Assembly (NCBI GenBank): GCA_024276465.1
Contig: JAJRXD010000018.1
Location: 18,997 to 82,996, forward strand
From: Deltaproteobacteria bacterium
Lineage (GTDB): Bacteria > Desulfobacterota > WTBG01 > CAIYCZ01 > CAIRTM01
DNA length: 64,000 bases
Direction of reading: 5' to 3'
This document shows positions 21,221 through 30,676 of this stretch, piece after piece. A model generated the notes under the pieces. That model was not told where the DNA came from, searched no databases, and saw only the letters and a program-made list of their open reading frames with translations. Numbering within the stretch: the first letter of the stretch is position 1; every line of letters begins with the position of its first letter. The position numbers and the translations under genes are program-made.

Positions 21221-22102
21221 CTACATGTACCCGTCTTTTCTGAGTGTTTCAAGACCTCCTCCGTCATCCTTGTCCTGTGCACGGCCTGAACGTTCAGCAA
21301 TATTTTTCAGCTTGCCGCTTTTCAGTTCCTCAATTATTTCTTCAACATTCCTTGCTTCAGAATCGATTGAGGATGTGCACGGGTAGCAGCCAAGGGAGCG
21401 GTATCTTTTACCATCACCCTGGTTGTAGTAAAGAGAAACAGTTGGAATGTTTTCCCTTTGAATGTATTCCCAGATATTAAGCTCTGTCCAGTCAAGCAGG
21501 GGGTGAATCCTGAGGTGTGTGCCTGGAGGAAAATCTGTTTTGTACTGGTTCCAGAACTCAGGTGGCTGGTCACCCAGGTCCCACAGATTTTCCCTGTCGC
21601 GGGGAGAGAAGTACCTCTCTTTTGAACGGGTGCCTTCTTCGTCTGCGCGCACCCCTACTATGACCCCTGTGAAGGGTTCAGTGTTGTTGTAGAGATCATA
21701 TTTTTTTGTTTCGTGATTCAGATAGTACCTTGGCCATTTACCGCTCAGGGTGTTTTTAAGAGCTTTTGTTTTCAGAAGGCTGCAGCATTTAAGACGATCA
21801 ACATTACCATCAGGATAAGTCTGCTTGCTGGCAAGGACATCGTCATTTCTTCCGAAAATCATGTTAAGACCCCATTCAAGAGAAAGCCTGTCACGATATT
21901 GTATCATTTCAGGAATTTTATATCCTGTATCTATGTGGACAAGGGGAAAGGGAACATGCCCGTAAAAAGCCTTACGTGCAAGCCAGAGAAGGACAGTGCT
22001 GTCTTTCCCGATTGACCAGAGCATCCCCATGTTTTTAAAGTTTGCATATGCTTCCCTTAAAATATGTACGCCCAGGCTCTCAAGTTGATCAAGATGATCC
22101 AT
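21221..22102 (-). CDS. cysD: sulfate adenylyltransferase subunit 2
   Basis: PAPS-reductase-like fold with SIGKDS PP-loop. Immediately upstream of cysN on the same strand. Confidence 0.8.
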   Translation of the reverse strand: MDHLDQLESLGVHILREAYANFKNMGMLWSIGKDSTVLLWLARKAFYGHVPFPLVHIDTGYKIPEMIQYRDRLSLEWGLNMIFGRNDDVLASKQTYPDGNVDRLKCCSLLKTKALKNTLSGKWPRYYLNHETKKYDLYNNTEPFTGVIVGVRADEEGTRSKERYFSPRDRENLWDLGDQPPEFWNQYKTDFPPGTHLRIHPLLDWTELNIWEYIQRENIPTVSLYYNQGDGKRYRSLGCYPCTSSIDSEARNVEEIIEELKSGKLKNIAERSGRAQDKDDGGGLETLRKDGYM

Positions 22103-22140
22103 AACTCCTCCATGTTGTTTGTAGTCTGATCCAGCATTGA

Positions 22141-23463
22141 TTATTTTAAGATTTTTTTTGCAAAAACAATATCAGTCCGTATCTGTTCGGCCAGAGTTTT
22201 TGCTTCTTTAAATTTTTTCTCACCTCTGATTCGTTTAACAAAAAAGAGAGTAATTTCTTCGCCGTAGATGTTTTTACTGAAGTCAAAAATGTGTACTTCT
22301 ATGGTTGTTTTTTTTTCATCAAATGTGGGGTTCATTCCTATATTGACCACCCCGCTGAACATTCCGTATGATGTTGATATGGATGCAGCATAAACTCCAT
22401 CAGCAGGGATGAGATCCCTGCTGTAAGGTTTCAGGTTGGCAGTAGGAAAACCTATTTTTCTTTTTCTGCCATGTATGACTTTTCCCGTCATGCTGTAATG
22501 CCTGCCCATCAGTTTTTGAGCCAGAGAGACTTTTCCTGAAGAAATAAGGTTCCTGATTGTGGTACTGCGCACAGGGATGTTTTTCATTCTCATGTCACTT
22601 GCAACATGAACCTGAAAATCAAATACCCTGCCCATTTTTTTCAGCAGTTCCACAGCTCCTTTTCTGTTTTTGCCAAAAGCATAGTCATTGCCGATAACAA
22701 TTTCCCTGGGATGGATACGATCGCATATAATTTTTTTTATAAACTCCTCGGGAGATTTTTCTGAAAACTTTTTTGTGAAATTCTCACATATCAGGTAGTT
22801 GATACCAAACTCCTCTAAAATAGATGCCTTTTCTTCAAATGTGGTAAGCTTTAAAGGTTCATGGCCTGGATTAAGGACACTTAAAGGATGAGGATCAAAA
22901 GTATACACAGCTGACACTCCATTAACTGCCCTTGCCCGCTGAATTGTTTTTTTCAATATTTTTTGATGACCAAGATGGACTCCATCAAAGTTCCCAAGGG
23001 TAATAACAGGATTTGTCAGGTCATATTCTTTTATCTTTTTGCTGCCCCTTATGATCTGCATTTCTGAGCCTGATGTTATAAACATTTTTGTTGTAGCGCT
23101 TGCTACAGTAGAACCGTTCTCTTTATACACTGTTGCCCTGACATAAAGAATTTTTTTTTTAACTGCCTCTATTTCAGCTTCGCAGCAAAGCTGTTCATTT
23201 ACTTTTGCAGGGGCTTTAAATTTGGCGCTGATTTCCCCTGTGAGTATCCTGAACCCTTTTTTTACCGCGGCCTTTGCCATTGTCTCATCCAGGAGGGTAA
23301 CAATTATCCCTCCGTGTACAACGTCCTTCCAGCCCTGATATTTAGCGTCCGGCACAAATGTTGTCTTAACTTTTTTTCCGTCCGGCGAGTAGATAAACTT
23401 CAGCTTCAGGCCGTCAGGATTATCATTGCCGCAGGCAAAGCATTTATTATTATCTATAAGCAT
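22141..23463 (-). CDS. ribF: hotdog (PaaI-like) thioesterase domain fused to bifunctional riboflavin kinase/FMN adenylyltransferase
   Basis: N-terminal ~140 aa hotdog fold ([17 protein letters not shown]). Then the RibF nucleotidyltransferase motif ([11 protein letters not shown]) and a C-terminal riboflavin kinase. Confidence 0.7.
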   Translation of the reverse strand: MLIDNNKCFACGNDNPDGLKLKFIYSPDGKKVKTTFVPDAKYQGWKDVVHGGIIVTLLDETMAKAAVKKGFRILTGEISAKFKAPAKVNEQLCCEAEIEAVKKKILYVRATVYKENGSTVASATTKMFITSGSEMQIIRGSKKIKEYDLTNPVITLGNFDGVHLGHQKILKKTIQRARAVNGVSAVYTFDPHPLSVLNPGHEPLKLTTFEEKASILEEFGINYLICENFTKKFSEKSPEEFIKKIICDRIHPREIVIGNDYAFGKNRKGAVELLKKMGRVFDFQVHVASDMRMKNIPVRSTTIRNLISSGKVSLAQKLMGRHYSMTGKVIHGRKRKIGFPTANLKPYSRDLIPADGVYAASISTSYGMFSGVVNIGMNPTFDEKKTTIEVHIFDFSKNIYGEEITLFFVKRIRGEKKFKEAKTLAEQIRTDIVFAKKILK

Positions 23464-23591
23464 TATTAACCGGTTTGTCAGGTGCTCTGAAGGTTTTTAC
23501 AGTGCAGCAGCAGTTTAACTGCTTGACAAAAATAGTTTCCTATTATAAATGAAAATACGTCACAATGCAACATGAGATATCGCTTGTTCTG

Positions 23592-23678
23592 GCCGAAGTG
23601 GTGGAATTGGTAGACACGCAAGGTTCAGGACCTTGTGGGGGCAACCTCGTAGGAGTTCGAGTCTCCTCTTCGGCACCA
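23592..23678 (+). tRNA. tRNA-Leu (anticodon CAG)
   Basis: GCCGAAGTGGTGGAATTGGTAGACACG...GGTTCGAGTCTCCTCTTCGGCACCA. Long variable arm. Anticodon loop TTCAGGA. Encoded CCA. Confidence 0.9.
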
Positions 23679-23687
23679 AGTAAAATC

Positions 23688-23730
23688 AAGGGGTTATGCA
23701 GTTAAGCGTGCCCCTTGTTTTTTTGTTTTG
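23688..23730 (+). terminator. rho-independent terminator after tRNA-Leu
   Basis: CAAGGGG...CCCCTTG stem followed by a T8 run. Confidence 0.7.
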
Positions 23731-23846
23731 GTGAATTTGGGCAATGCTTTGGGTAACCTCTTTAATACTTCTGATTAAGAAAATAACTAATGAAAACAGA
23801 TATTATGACGATATATCTGTACATGTGAAAAATTAAGGAGTCAAAA

Positions 23847-24116
23847 ATGATAAAGCGAAATTATTTATTGTGTTTTGAATTCAAAGAATGCACCATGACG
23901 GAATGCCCTGCCTATAATAATGTAGAAAAAGACGAGTGCTGGCTTATTCCAAAAACACTGTGTAAAGACCTTTTAACAGATGAAAGACGACCAAAGGAGA
24001 CAATGGATAAATTAGACACTTGTTTTAGTAAATGTGAATATTTCAGGGCAAGAAAGGCGATAGAATTGAATACCGGACAGGACATAGATGCTAAATTCTA
24101 TCAAATTCTAAAATGA
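23847..24116 (+). CDS. hypothetical Cys-rich small protein
   Basis: 89 aa with 7 Cys. No recognised motif. Confidence 0.3.
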   Translation: MIKRNYLLCFEFKECTMTECPAYNNVEKDECWLIPKTLCKDLLTDERRPKETMDKLDTCFSKCEYFRARKAIELNTGQDIDAKFYQILK

Positions 24117-24598
24117 GTCCTTATAAAAACAACACTACTTAAACCATCAGAAAAAATCTGTTTAGCTGTTCACGGGCACCTGCCCACCCACCCCTTTATG
24201 CTGCGCTTTGCTCATCATTCGCCATTATGACGAAAGAACAGGTTTGCCTGTGGAAGATCCCGGTCAGCCTGGGGATTGCTCATGATTTCATGTGCCCCTG
24301 CAAGTGTGATTTTCAACTTTCATGCCGGACATTTTTGAGCAGCCCCATTGAAATTACTTTGTTAACGCCCCTACCCCCCCGCCCTTTTCTTGCTGTAATA
24401 AAAGGGAAAATGTGCGTCAAGGCACAAATAAAGATTAACAACTTATTGTTTATGCTTGACATTTCTTCCTGTTGTTGTAACAGTATGTTATTCTTTATTA
24501 GCAGGACACTTCAGGTTTGCAAAACAGAGCATGGATTTTGAATTGTCCTTAGCGGCATCAGGAAAATGCATCTTGAAAAGCCAGGGAGGAGTGATGTT

Positions 24599-25027
24599 AT
24601 GTCCGTAACAAAACAATTACCAATAGTTTTAGTGCTGTTTTTTACATGTCTTTGTTCTGCAGCAGAGGTAAAAGATGATGAGCTAAGTGCTTACAAGGTA
24701 ATCCTTCTCCATTATTCAGGGGCAATTGCACAGCCATGGACAACTGTTAAGCCTGGTACAACAGTAATCTGGGTGAATAATTCAAATGAAACATTACAGA
24801 TTTGCTTTGAAGGCCAGCAGGTTTCATTAGCCTGTAAAAGTCCCGTGCATTTTATCAGGGGTGAAAATGGCTCTTTTACATCAAGGCAGATTCCCCAGGG
24901 AGCAGTAGCAAGTCTATGCTTTGTGGAAAAGGGTGAATATAAGTATGTTGCAAGAAAGATAGCTTCCGGATCAGAAAAATCTTATTTAGGGGTACAGTAT
25001 TTTAAGGGCAAGATTATAGTGAAATAA
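24599..25027 (+). CDS. small secreted protein, paralog A of unrecognised family
   Basis: Signal peptide. RBS GGGAGGAG. Conserved core PGTTVIWVN...ACKSPVHF...GAVASLCF.E.G.Y.Y...F.GKIIVK, shared with the ORFs at 25094 and 30677. Confidence 0.65.
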   Translation: MSVTKQLPIVLVLFFTCLCSAAEVKDDELSAYKVILLHYSGAIAQPWTTVKPGTTVIWVNNSNETLQICFEGQQVSLACKSPVHFIRGENGSFTSRQIPQGAVASLCFVEKGEYKYVARKIASGSEKSYLGVQYFKGKIIVK

Positions 25028-25093
25028 TCAAAGAGAAAAGCCTGTTTTTAATTTTTCCAATTATGAAAAAAAACATTAATAAGGGAGGATGCC

Positions 25094-25549
25094 ATGAAAA
25101 AAACCGTACTGTTTTGTATTGCTGTATTGATGTTCCTTGCCGTAAGCGATGTTGTGTTTTCCGAGCAGGCAGCAGAAAACAAAGATATCCATAAAAAAAC
25201 TGTGGATATTAAGAGCCGCGTGGTTAGAATAGAGGGATTTGAGGGGGTTAACCCCCTTAACCTTTTTATAGAGCCAGGTACGGTTGTCATATGGCTTAAT
25301 CAGTATTACGGGGATGTTGGAGTAAAGTTTCCTGATAAAAAAGTGACAATGGCCTGTAAGAGCCCTGTAAACTTTTCAGTGAATAAAGACGGAGTGTATG
25401 TATCAAACCCTATTGGATATGGAGCTGTGGCAAGTTTGTGCTTTTTAGAGCGCGGCACCTATAAATATTTCATGGAGCGCTCAAATCCGAGCAGAAGACA
25501 GACAACATCGGATCATTTCCGGTTTGAGGGAAAGATTGTTGTAAAATAA
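25094..25549 (+). CDS. small secreted protein, paralog B
   Basis: Signal peptide. RBS AAGGGAGGA. Core is the same as paralog A: PGTVVIWLN...ACKSPVNF...GAVASLCF...GKIVVK. Confidence 0.65.
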   Translation: MKKTVLFCIAVLMFLAVSDVVFSEQAAENKDIHKKTVDIKSRVVRIEGFEGVNPLNLFIEPGTVVIWLNQYYGDVGVKFPDKKVTMACKSPVNFSVNKDGVYVSNPIGYGAVASLCFLERGTYKYFMERSNPSRRQTTSDHFRFEGKIVVK

Positions 25550-25727
25550 TGGCTGACCGAAAACCCTGATTTGGAGTTTTCCTTGCGAGGGCTGAGGAAC
25601 CCCGATAAAATCGGGGCGAAACAATCCTTTTGTTTTCAGGAAATTGCTGCGGATATTCCGCCCCCGCAGGGACAGAACAGATGTGATTAATGGACTTTCC
25701 GTTCAGACACTACCTAATCTGATTATC

Positions 25728-27482
25728 AGAATGTGCCTCATGGACATGGTTAGAGACATACGCACAAGTAAAAAAAATGTTATTATCCTTTTTATCGTAA
25801 CAATTCAGATACCCCTGCTGCTGCTTATGGCAGCGCAATCATTTTCTGTCAATATCGGTGATCCTTTCCCATCGTTTTCAGAGCCAAACAACCTCAGTTC
25901 TGATGAATGCTTCAGTCTTGGGATAGAATGTGGAGAAGAATTCAGTATTGATGATTTAGTACAGGAATGCATTGTTATGGAGTTTCTGAATGTTTACTGC
26001 CATACATGCAGAATGCAGGTTGAGGTATTTAATGATCTTTTTCATGCAATTGAAAAAGATCCCGTGCTTTTAGAAAAAGCGTGTGTGTTTGGGATTGCGG
26101 TCGGAAACTCTCCTGAAGAGGTTGATGAGTTCAAGAGGGATTTCGGGGCAGTTTATCCTATTGTGGCAGATCCGGAAAAAAAAGTATTCAACCTTACTGG
26201 AAATACAGAGGGAACACCTCATACCTACATTCTCAGAAAAGAGGAAATAAATTTTGTTATTGACTACCATGCCGGAGGGGTTTCTTCCATGGACAGGTAT
26301 CTTTCGAGGATTAAATTATCTGTACGCGGCAGCTTCACAGGGACAGAACCGGGAAACAAAGCACCAGGATATTCTTTCAACTCCGGGGGCATGGTTTTTG
26401 ATGAAAAAAACTTTGCCGGCAACAGGCTAATACTTTATTTTCCTGCTGACAGAAAGTTTTCACTGGAGATAGACACAAGGAATACGGAAAATCAAATTAA
26501 AGTTCTGTATAAGATTTTAAATAAATTTCCAGGGATCACTGTAATATTATTTAAGTCTCCCGGGTTTTCCCCTGATCTGGAGAAAAAATATGAAACCCCC
26601 TCTTTTTATTTTGGAGAACCGGCAGATAAAGAAGTTGCTGAAACCTTTGCATCCCCTGACAAACCTTCAATATACTATATTAACCAGCATGGAAGGATTG
26701 CATTCAAGGGCGATGCAATAACGCTTTATAATGCTCAGAACATCCTGGAAACAGTTGAATATAAGCCGTCTCCACCAATGAATGAACGAGACGTTATAAG
26801 ATTAATAGATGAGCGGATAAAAAAGCTTGGCAGGAAAGTCTTTACAACTGAAAAATTTATAATGGAAAACGGGGAAAAAATCTATGTTACAGCGCTGTCC
26901 CCAGAGCGCAACAGAGCTTTTTTGTTTTCACGATTTGAAAGCAAGCCAAGCCTGTGTGATGTCTGCCACGACAGCCATTTCATATATGTTTTAGACCCGG
27001 AAGGTAAAATAGTGGATTTCATACCGGTTTCCATGACAAAAAAAGATAATATTTTATGGTCAGAAAAAGATGAGCAGAAGATCAAAAGTCTGATTGTTGG
27101 AAAAAGTATTTTTGATAATTTTCCATTTAATCCACGCGTTGATGCAGTATCAACCGCTACAATGACCTCAAGCCTGGTTTTTGAGTCGCTGAACCAGGGG
27201 AAAGAAATTTTTGGGAAGTTCAAGGACTATCAATTTCGAAGTGACCACTGGAAAAAAGAGTGTTTCGGAAATATTTGTAAAATTGAGCAGAAAGCAGAGC
27301 AGATGAAAAAGGTTAATAAAAACTTTGTTTTTGATGATGCTGCATTGAACGCACTGGTTTCAGAAATGAAAATACCGGGATGTCCTCAGGGCGGCTTGCT
27401 GCTGGTTGTGGATGGCAAAGTGCTGTGCAGTTTCCATGGATTTAATACTGCTGGATGCAGGGGAAAAACAGCAGACAAATAA
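25728..27482 (+). CDS. secreted multi-domain redox protein: TlpA-like thioredoxin (CxxC), degenerate thioredoxin fold and C-terminal FMN_bind-like domain
   Basis: Signal anchor VIILFIVTIQIPLLLLMAA. Domain 1 has redoxin blocks IGDPFPSF, YCHTC and FGIAVG...EEVDEFKRDFGAVYPIVADPEKKVF. Domain 2 is thioredoxin-like without Cys. The C-terminus carries VDAVSTATMTSS, which resembles the DxxSGAT flavinylation motif of FMN_bind domains (NqrC/RnfG/NosR). The ORF opens at 25644; the first plausible start is 25728. Confidence 0.55.
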   Translation, partial: RMCLMDMVRDIRTSKKNVIILFIVTIQIPLLLLMAAQSFSVNIGDPFPSFSEPNNLSSDECFSLGIECGEEFSIDDLVQECIVMEFLNVYCHTCRMQVEVFNDLFHAIEKDPVLLEKACVFGIAVGNSPEEVDEFKRDFGAVYPIVADPEKKVFNLTGNTEGTPHTYILRKEEINFVIDYHAGGVSSMDRYLSRIKLSVRGSFTGTEPGNKAPGYSFNSGGMVFDEKNFAGNRLILYFPADRKFSLEIDTRNTENQIKVLYKILNKFPGITVILFKSPGFSPDLEKKYETPSFYFGEPADKEVAETFASPDKPSIYYINQHGRIAFKGDAITLYNAQNILETVEYKPSPPMNERDVIRLIDERIKKLGRKVFTTEKFIMENGEKIYVTALSPERNRAFLFSRFESKPSLCDVCHDSHFIYVLDPEGKIVDFIPVSMTKKDNILWSEKDEQKIKSLIVGKSIFDNFPFNPRVDAVSTATMTSSLVFESLNQGKEIFGKFKDYQFRSDHWKKECFGNICKIEQKAEQMKKVNKNFVFDDAALNALVSEMKIPGCPQGGLLLVVDGKVLCSFHGFNTAGCRGKTADK

Positions 27483-27550
27483 GCAGTTCAGGAACAGTTC
27501 ACAATTAAGAAAAAAAACAGGATTTTTTACATATACATATTACCAATAAT

Positions 27551-28025
27551 ATGCTCATGCTTTTTTTTATGCTTTTTCAAATCAACTGCCTGGAGTGCGA
27601 TTGATTTTTCCCTTAAAAATGTAAAGGATGGGACAACCTTTAAACTTGCTGACTACAGGAATAAAATAATTCTTGTAACTTTTGGTTCCATATATTGCAA
27701 GCCCTGCATAGAACTTCTGCCTGTTCTGAACAGGCTTCATGAAAACTACAAGACTTCTGATGTTCTGATAATCGGGGTAGATATTGACAGAACATCAGCT
27801 GAAAAAGAGATTAGAGAGTTTGCCAGTAAAAAGAAGATACTTTTCCCTTTTTTTATAGATACGGAAAATGCTGCAAGAAAATGCAAGGTTTTTGTGCTTC
27901 CCACAGTTCTTCTTATAGATGGAAGTGGTGTGGAAGTTAAAAGGTTTGTAGGTGGCAAGCCCTACGCAACCCTTGAAAAAGAAATTAATAAGATAGCCGT
28001 GAAGTTACAGGCTGGCAGTAAATGA
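27551..28025 (+). CDS. TlpA/ResA-like thiol:disulfide oxidoreductase, frameshifted
   Basis: The frame 27483-28025 encodes ...LVTFGSIYCKPC...VFVLPTVLLIDGSGVEV, a thioredoxin fold, but contains no ATG. An ATG at 27551 (MLMLFF) is in the +2 frame and meets a stop after 17 codons. Dropping one T from the T8 run at 27561-27568 fuses the two into signal peptide plus thioredoxin. Confidence 0.5.
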
Positions 28026-28127
28026 AGGTAGTATTTAACCCTGATATTGCATATTTTGCTGAGGAGTTCTCTTGCTCTCTGTAATCTCTGCTGCAAAATC
28101 AGGGTTAAACCATTCTGGAGAAAAACT

Positions 28128-29048
28128 ATGCAGATTGGAATAGTCGGTCTGGGCCGTATGGGTATGAATATGACCAGGCGCCTGATGGGAGGCGGCCACA
28201 ATGTTGTAGTGTTTAACAGAACAGGGGAAAAAGTATTGCTGATGCAGAAGGAGGGTGCAACGGGTGCTGATTCAGCTGAAAAACTTGTGAAAATGCTCAG
28301 GCCACGCCGGATGATATGGCTGATGCTCCCTGCGGGGGATCCGGTTGATGAGTATGTAAAAAAATTTTCAGAGCTTCTGTCTCCTGGTGACATAGTGGTT
28401 GATGGTGGAAACAGTTATTACATGGACGACATCCGCCACAGCAAAAGCCTGAAAGAAAAAGGTATAGATTATATTGACGCAGGTATTTCAGGCGGTATAT
28501 GGGGCCTTGAAAAAGGATACTGTACCATGATCGGAGGAGAGAAAAGGGTGTTCAGACACATGGAGCCGATTTTAGAAACCCTTGCACCAAAAGACGGCTA
28601 CATGTTCTGTGGCCCGACAGGCGCAGGCCATTTTGTCAAAATGGTTCACAATGTAATTGAATATGCAATGATGGAGGCATATGGTGAAGGGTTTGATATT
28701 ATTCAATCATCTCCTTACAGTGAAAATATATCACTTGACAGGTTGTCGCACCTCTGGAACCAGGGCAGTGTTGTAAGGTCGTGGCTTCTTGAGCTTTTGG
28801 AGTCGGCATTTAAAAAAGATTCAAAGCTGGAAAACATTAAGGGCTTTGTTGAAGATTCCGGTGAAGGGAGATGGACAGTGCAGCAGGCAATAGAGACCGG
28901 GACCCCAGCACCCGTTATTGCGCTTTCACTTTTCAGGAGGTTCGAATCACGCATTAAAGATTCTTTTTCCGACCGTGTTCTTGCTGCGCTCAGGAGAGAA
29001 TTTGGCGGCCATGCGGTCGTTGAATCTGAAAAAAACATTAAGAGATGA
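28128..29048 (+). CDS. gnd: 6-phosphogluconate dehydrogenase (decarboxylating), short form
   Basis: [15 protein letters not shown] Rossmann N-terminus and a Gnd-like body. GGAGA RBS lies 7 nt upstream of the ATG at 28128. Confidence 0.75.
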   Translation: MQIGIVGLGRMGMNMTRRLMGGGHNVVVFNRTGEKVLLMQKEGATGADSAEKLVKMLRPRRMIWLMLPAGDPVDEYVKKFSELLSPGDIVVDGGNSYYMDDIRHSKSLKEKGIDYIDAGISGGIWGLEKGYCTMIGGEKRVFRHMEPILETLAPKDGYMFCGPTGAGHFVKMVHNVIEYAMMEAYGEGFDIIQSSPYSENISLDRLSHLWNQGSVVRSWLLELLESAFKKDSKLENIKGFVEDSGEGRWTVQQAIETGTPAPVIALSLFRRFESRIKDSFSDRVLAALRREFGGHAVVESEKNIKR

Positions 29049-30604
29049 CCGGACAGAAAAGAGAAGATCTATCAGTCCTGAAGCCTGAGTTTGGCCGGGA
29101 AACTTCCGGAGAAAGCATGGATGATCAATGCAGGGAGGTCAGGCCGGCGGATCCGTGTGCCATTGTTATTATTGGTGCTTCAGGAGATCTGACTTCAAGA
29201 AAACTTATTCCCGCCCTTTACAGATTGTTTTTGAACGGCTACATGCCTGTTTCATTTGCCATAGTCGGATGTGCCAGGAAAAAGCTCGACAATGAAGCCT
29301 TCAGACAACTTGTAAAAGAATCCCTGGCAAAGGGGGTGGGGGATGATCTTTCAAAACTTGATCATTTTGCCGGCAATCTTTATTACAGGACAGTTGAATA
29401 TGATGATAAGGAAAATTTTAAAGAACTCTCCTGCTTTCTTTCCGATATTGACAAGAAACACGGGACTGCCGGGAACAGACTGTTTTATCTTGCAATTCCT
29501 CCTTTTCTGTATGAAACAGTAGTTCATGTTATGGGAGAGGCCGGTCTTTCTCGTGAAAGCAGGACCAGTGGCAGCTGGTCGCGTCTTGTGGTTGAAAAGC
29601 CCTTTGGGAGTGATCTCAAAACTGCTGTTAAACTGAATGATGTTATAAAGAGATGTTTCAGCGAACAGCAGGTTTACAGGATAGATCACTATCTGGCAAA
29701 GGAAACAGTACAGAATATACTGGTTTTCAGATTTGCCAATTCTATCTTCGAACCACTGTGGAACAGGCAGCATATTGAGCACGTAGAGATATCTGCTGCC
29801 GAAACCCTTGGTGTGGAGCACCGCGCAGGGTATTATGAAAAGTCCGGTATTTTAAGGGATATGTTTCAAAACCACATGATGCAGCTCCTGACTCTTGTTG
29901 CAATGGAGCCCCCTGCGCATTTCCGGCCTGAACCTGTAAGGGATGAAAAGGCAAAGGTTATCCAGTCGATAAGGCCCTTTGATCTGGAACATCTTGAAGA
30001 AAATATTGTGATCGGTCAATATTTATCAGGAAATATTGACGGTAAAAAAGTTCCTGCCTATCGTGATGAGACAGGTGTGGACCCCCTGTCTTTGACCCCT
30101 ACGTTTGCAATGATGAAGGTTTTTATTGACAACTGGCGCTGGCAGGATGTTCCCTTCTACCTGAGTTCGGGCAAGCGCCTGGCTGAAAAAAAGACAAAGA
30201 TTGTAATCCAGTTCAAAGACGTCCCGCACTCTATTTTTCGTGACATTATAGGTGGCAGCATAAGTGCCAACTGTTTGACATTTTTTATTCAGCCAATAGA
30301 AAAAATAGCGCTCACATTTCAGGCCAAAAAACCGGGGTCAACAATTTGTCCCCGTTCCATTAATATGGAATTCAGCTATGACAGTGATTCTGGAGAAACT
30401 CTTGAGGCTTATGAAAAAGTGCTTGTTGACTGCATGAACGGAGACCAGATGCTTTTTTTGCGTCAGGATCTGGAAGAACTGTGCTGGTCGTTTCTTACTC
30501 CATTAATAGAGGACTGTGAAAAGTGTGTTGATAAAAGCAGTTTGCTTCAGTTTTATGGATCAGGCACCCGGGGACCAGAAGGTGTGGAAAAATTAAAAAC
30601 ATAA
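29045..30604 (+). CDS. zwf: glucose-6-phosphate 1-dehydrogenase
   Basis: Motifs [13 protein letters not shown] and RIDHYLAKE. Translationally coupled to gnd (ATGA). Confidence 0.85.
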   Translation: MTGQKREDLSVLKPEFGRETSGESMDDQCREVRPADPCAIVIIGASGDLTSRKLIPALYRLFLNGYMPVSFAIVGCARKKLDNEAFRQLVKESLAKGVGDDLSKLDHFAGNLYYRTVEYDDKENFKELSCFLSDIDKKHGTAGNRLFYLAIPPFLYETVVHVMGEAGLSRESRTSGSWSRLVVEKPFGSDLKTAVKLNDVIKRCFSEQQVYRIDHYLAKETVQNILVFRFANSIFEPLWNRQHIEHVEISAAETLGVEHRAGYYEKSGILRDMFQNHMMQLLTLVAMEPPAHFRPEPVRDEKAKVIQSIRPFDLEHLEENIVIGQYLSGNIDGKKVPAYRDETGVDPLSLTPTFAMMKVFIDNWRWQDVPFYLSSGKRLAEKKTKIVIQFKDVPHSIFRDIIGGSISANCLTFFIQPIEKIALTFQAKKPGSTICPRSINMEFSYDSDSGETLEAYEKVLVDCMNGDQMLFLRQDLEELCWSFLTPLIEDCEKCVDKSSLLQFYGSGTRGPEGVEKLKT

Positions 30605-30676
30605 TCTTGACTCTTATATTGAAGTTTTATAAACTTTTCAGGACAGCACACATAAAAATTAAAGAGGAGAAAGCCC

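Noticed and set aside
24466-24500. Sigma70 promoter TTGACA-N22-TATGTT for the paralog A operon
   Set aside because: The -35 box is perfect, but spacing to any -10-like hexamer is non-canonical (16 nt to TAACAG, 22 nt to TATGTT). Too uncertain to list as a feature.
24227-24541. 104-aa ORF upstream of paralog A
   Set aside because: It overlaps the probable promoter and 5' UTR (a TTGACA-like box sits around 24466). Cys/Leu-rich junk composition. No RBS.
24599-25027. Small paralogs as blue-copper (cupredoxin) proteins
   Set aside because: The type-1 Cu ligand set (N-terminal His and C-terminal Cys-x2-His-x4-Met) is absent in all three. Only a fold-level resemblance is claimed.
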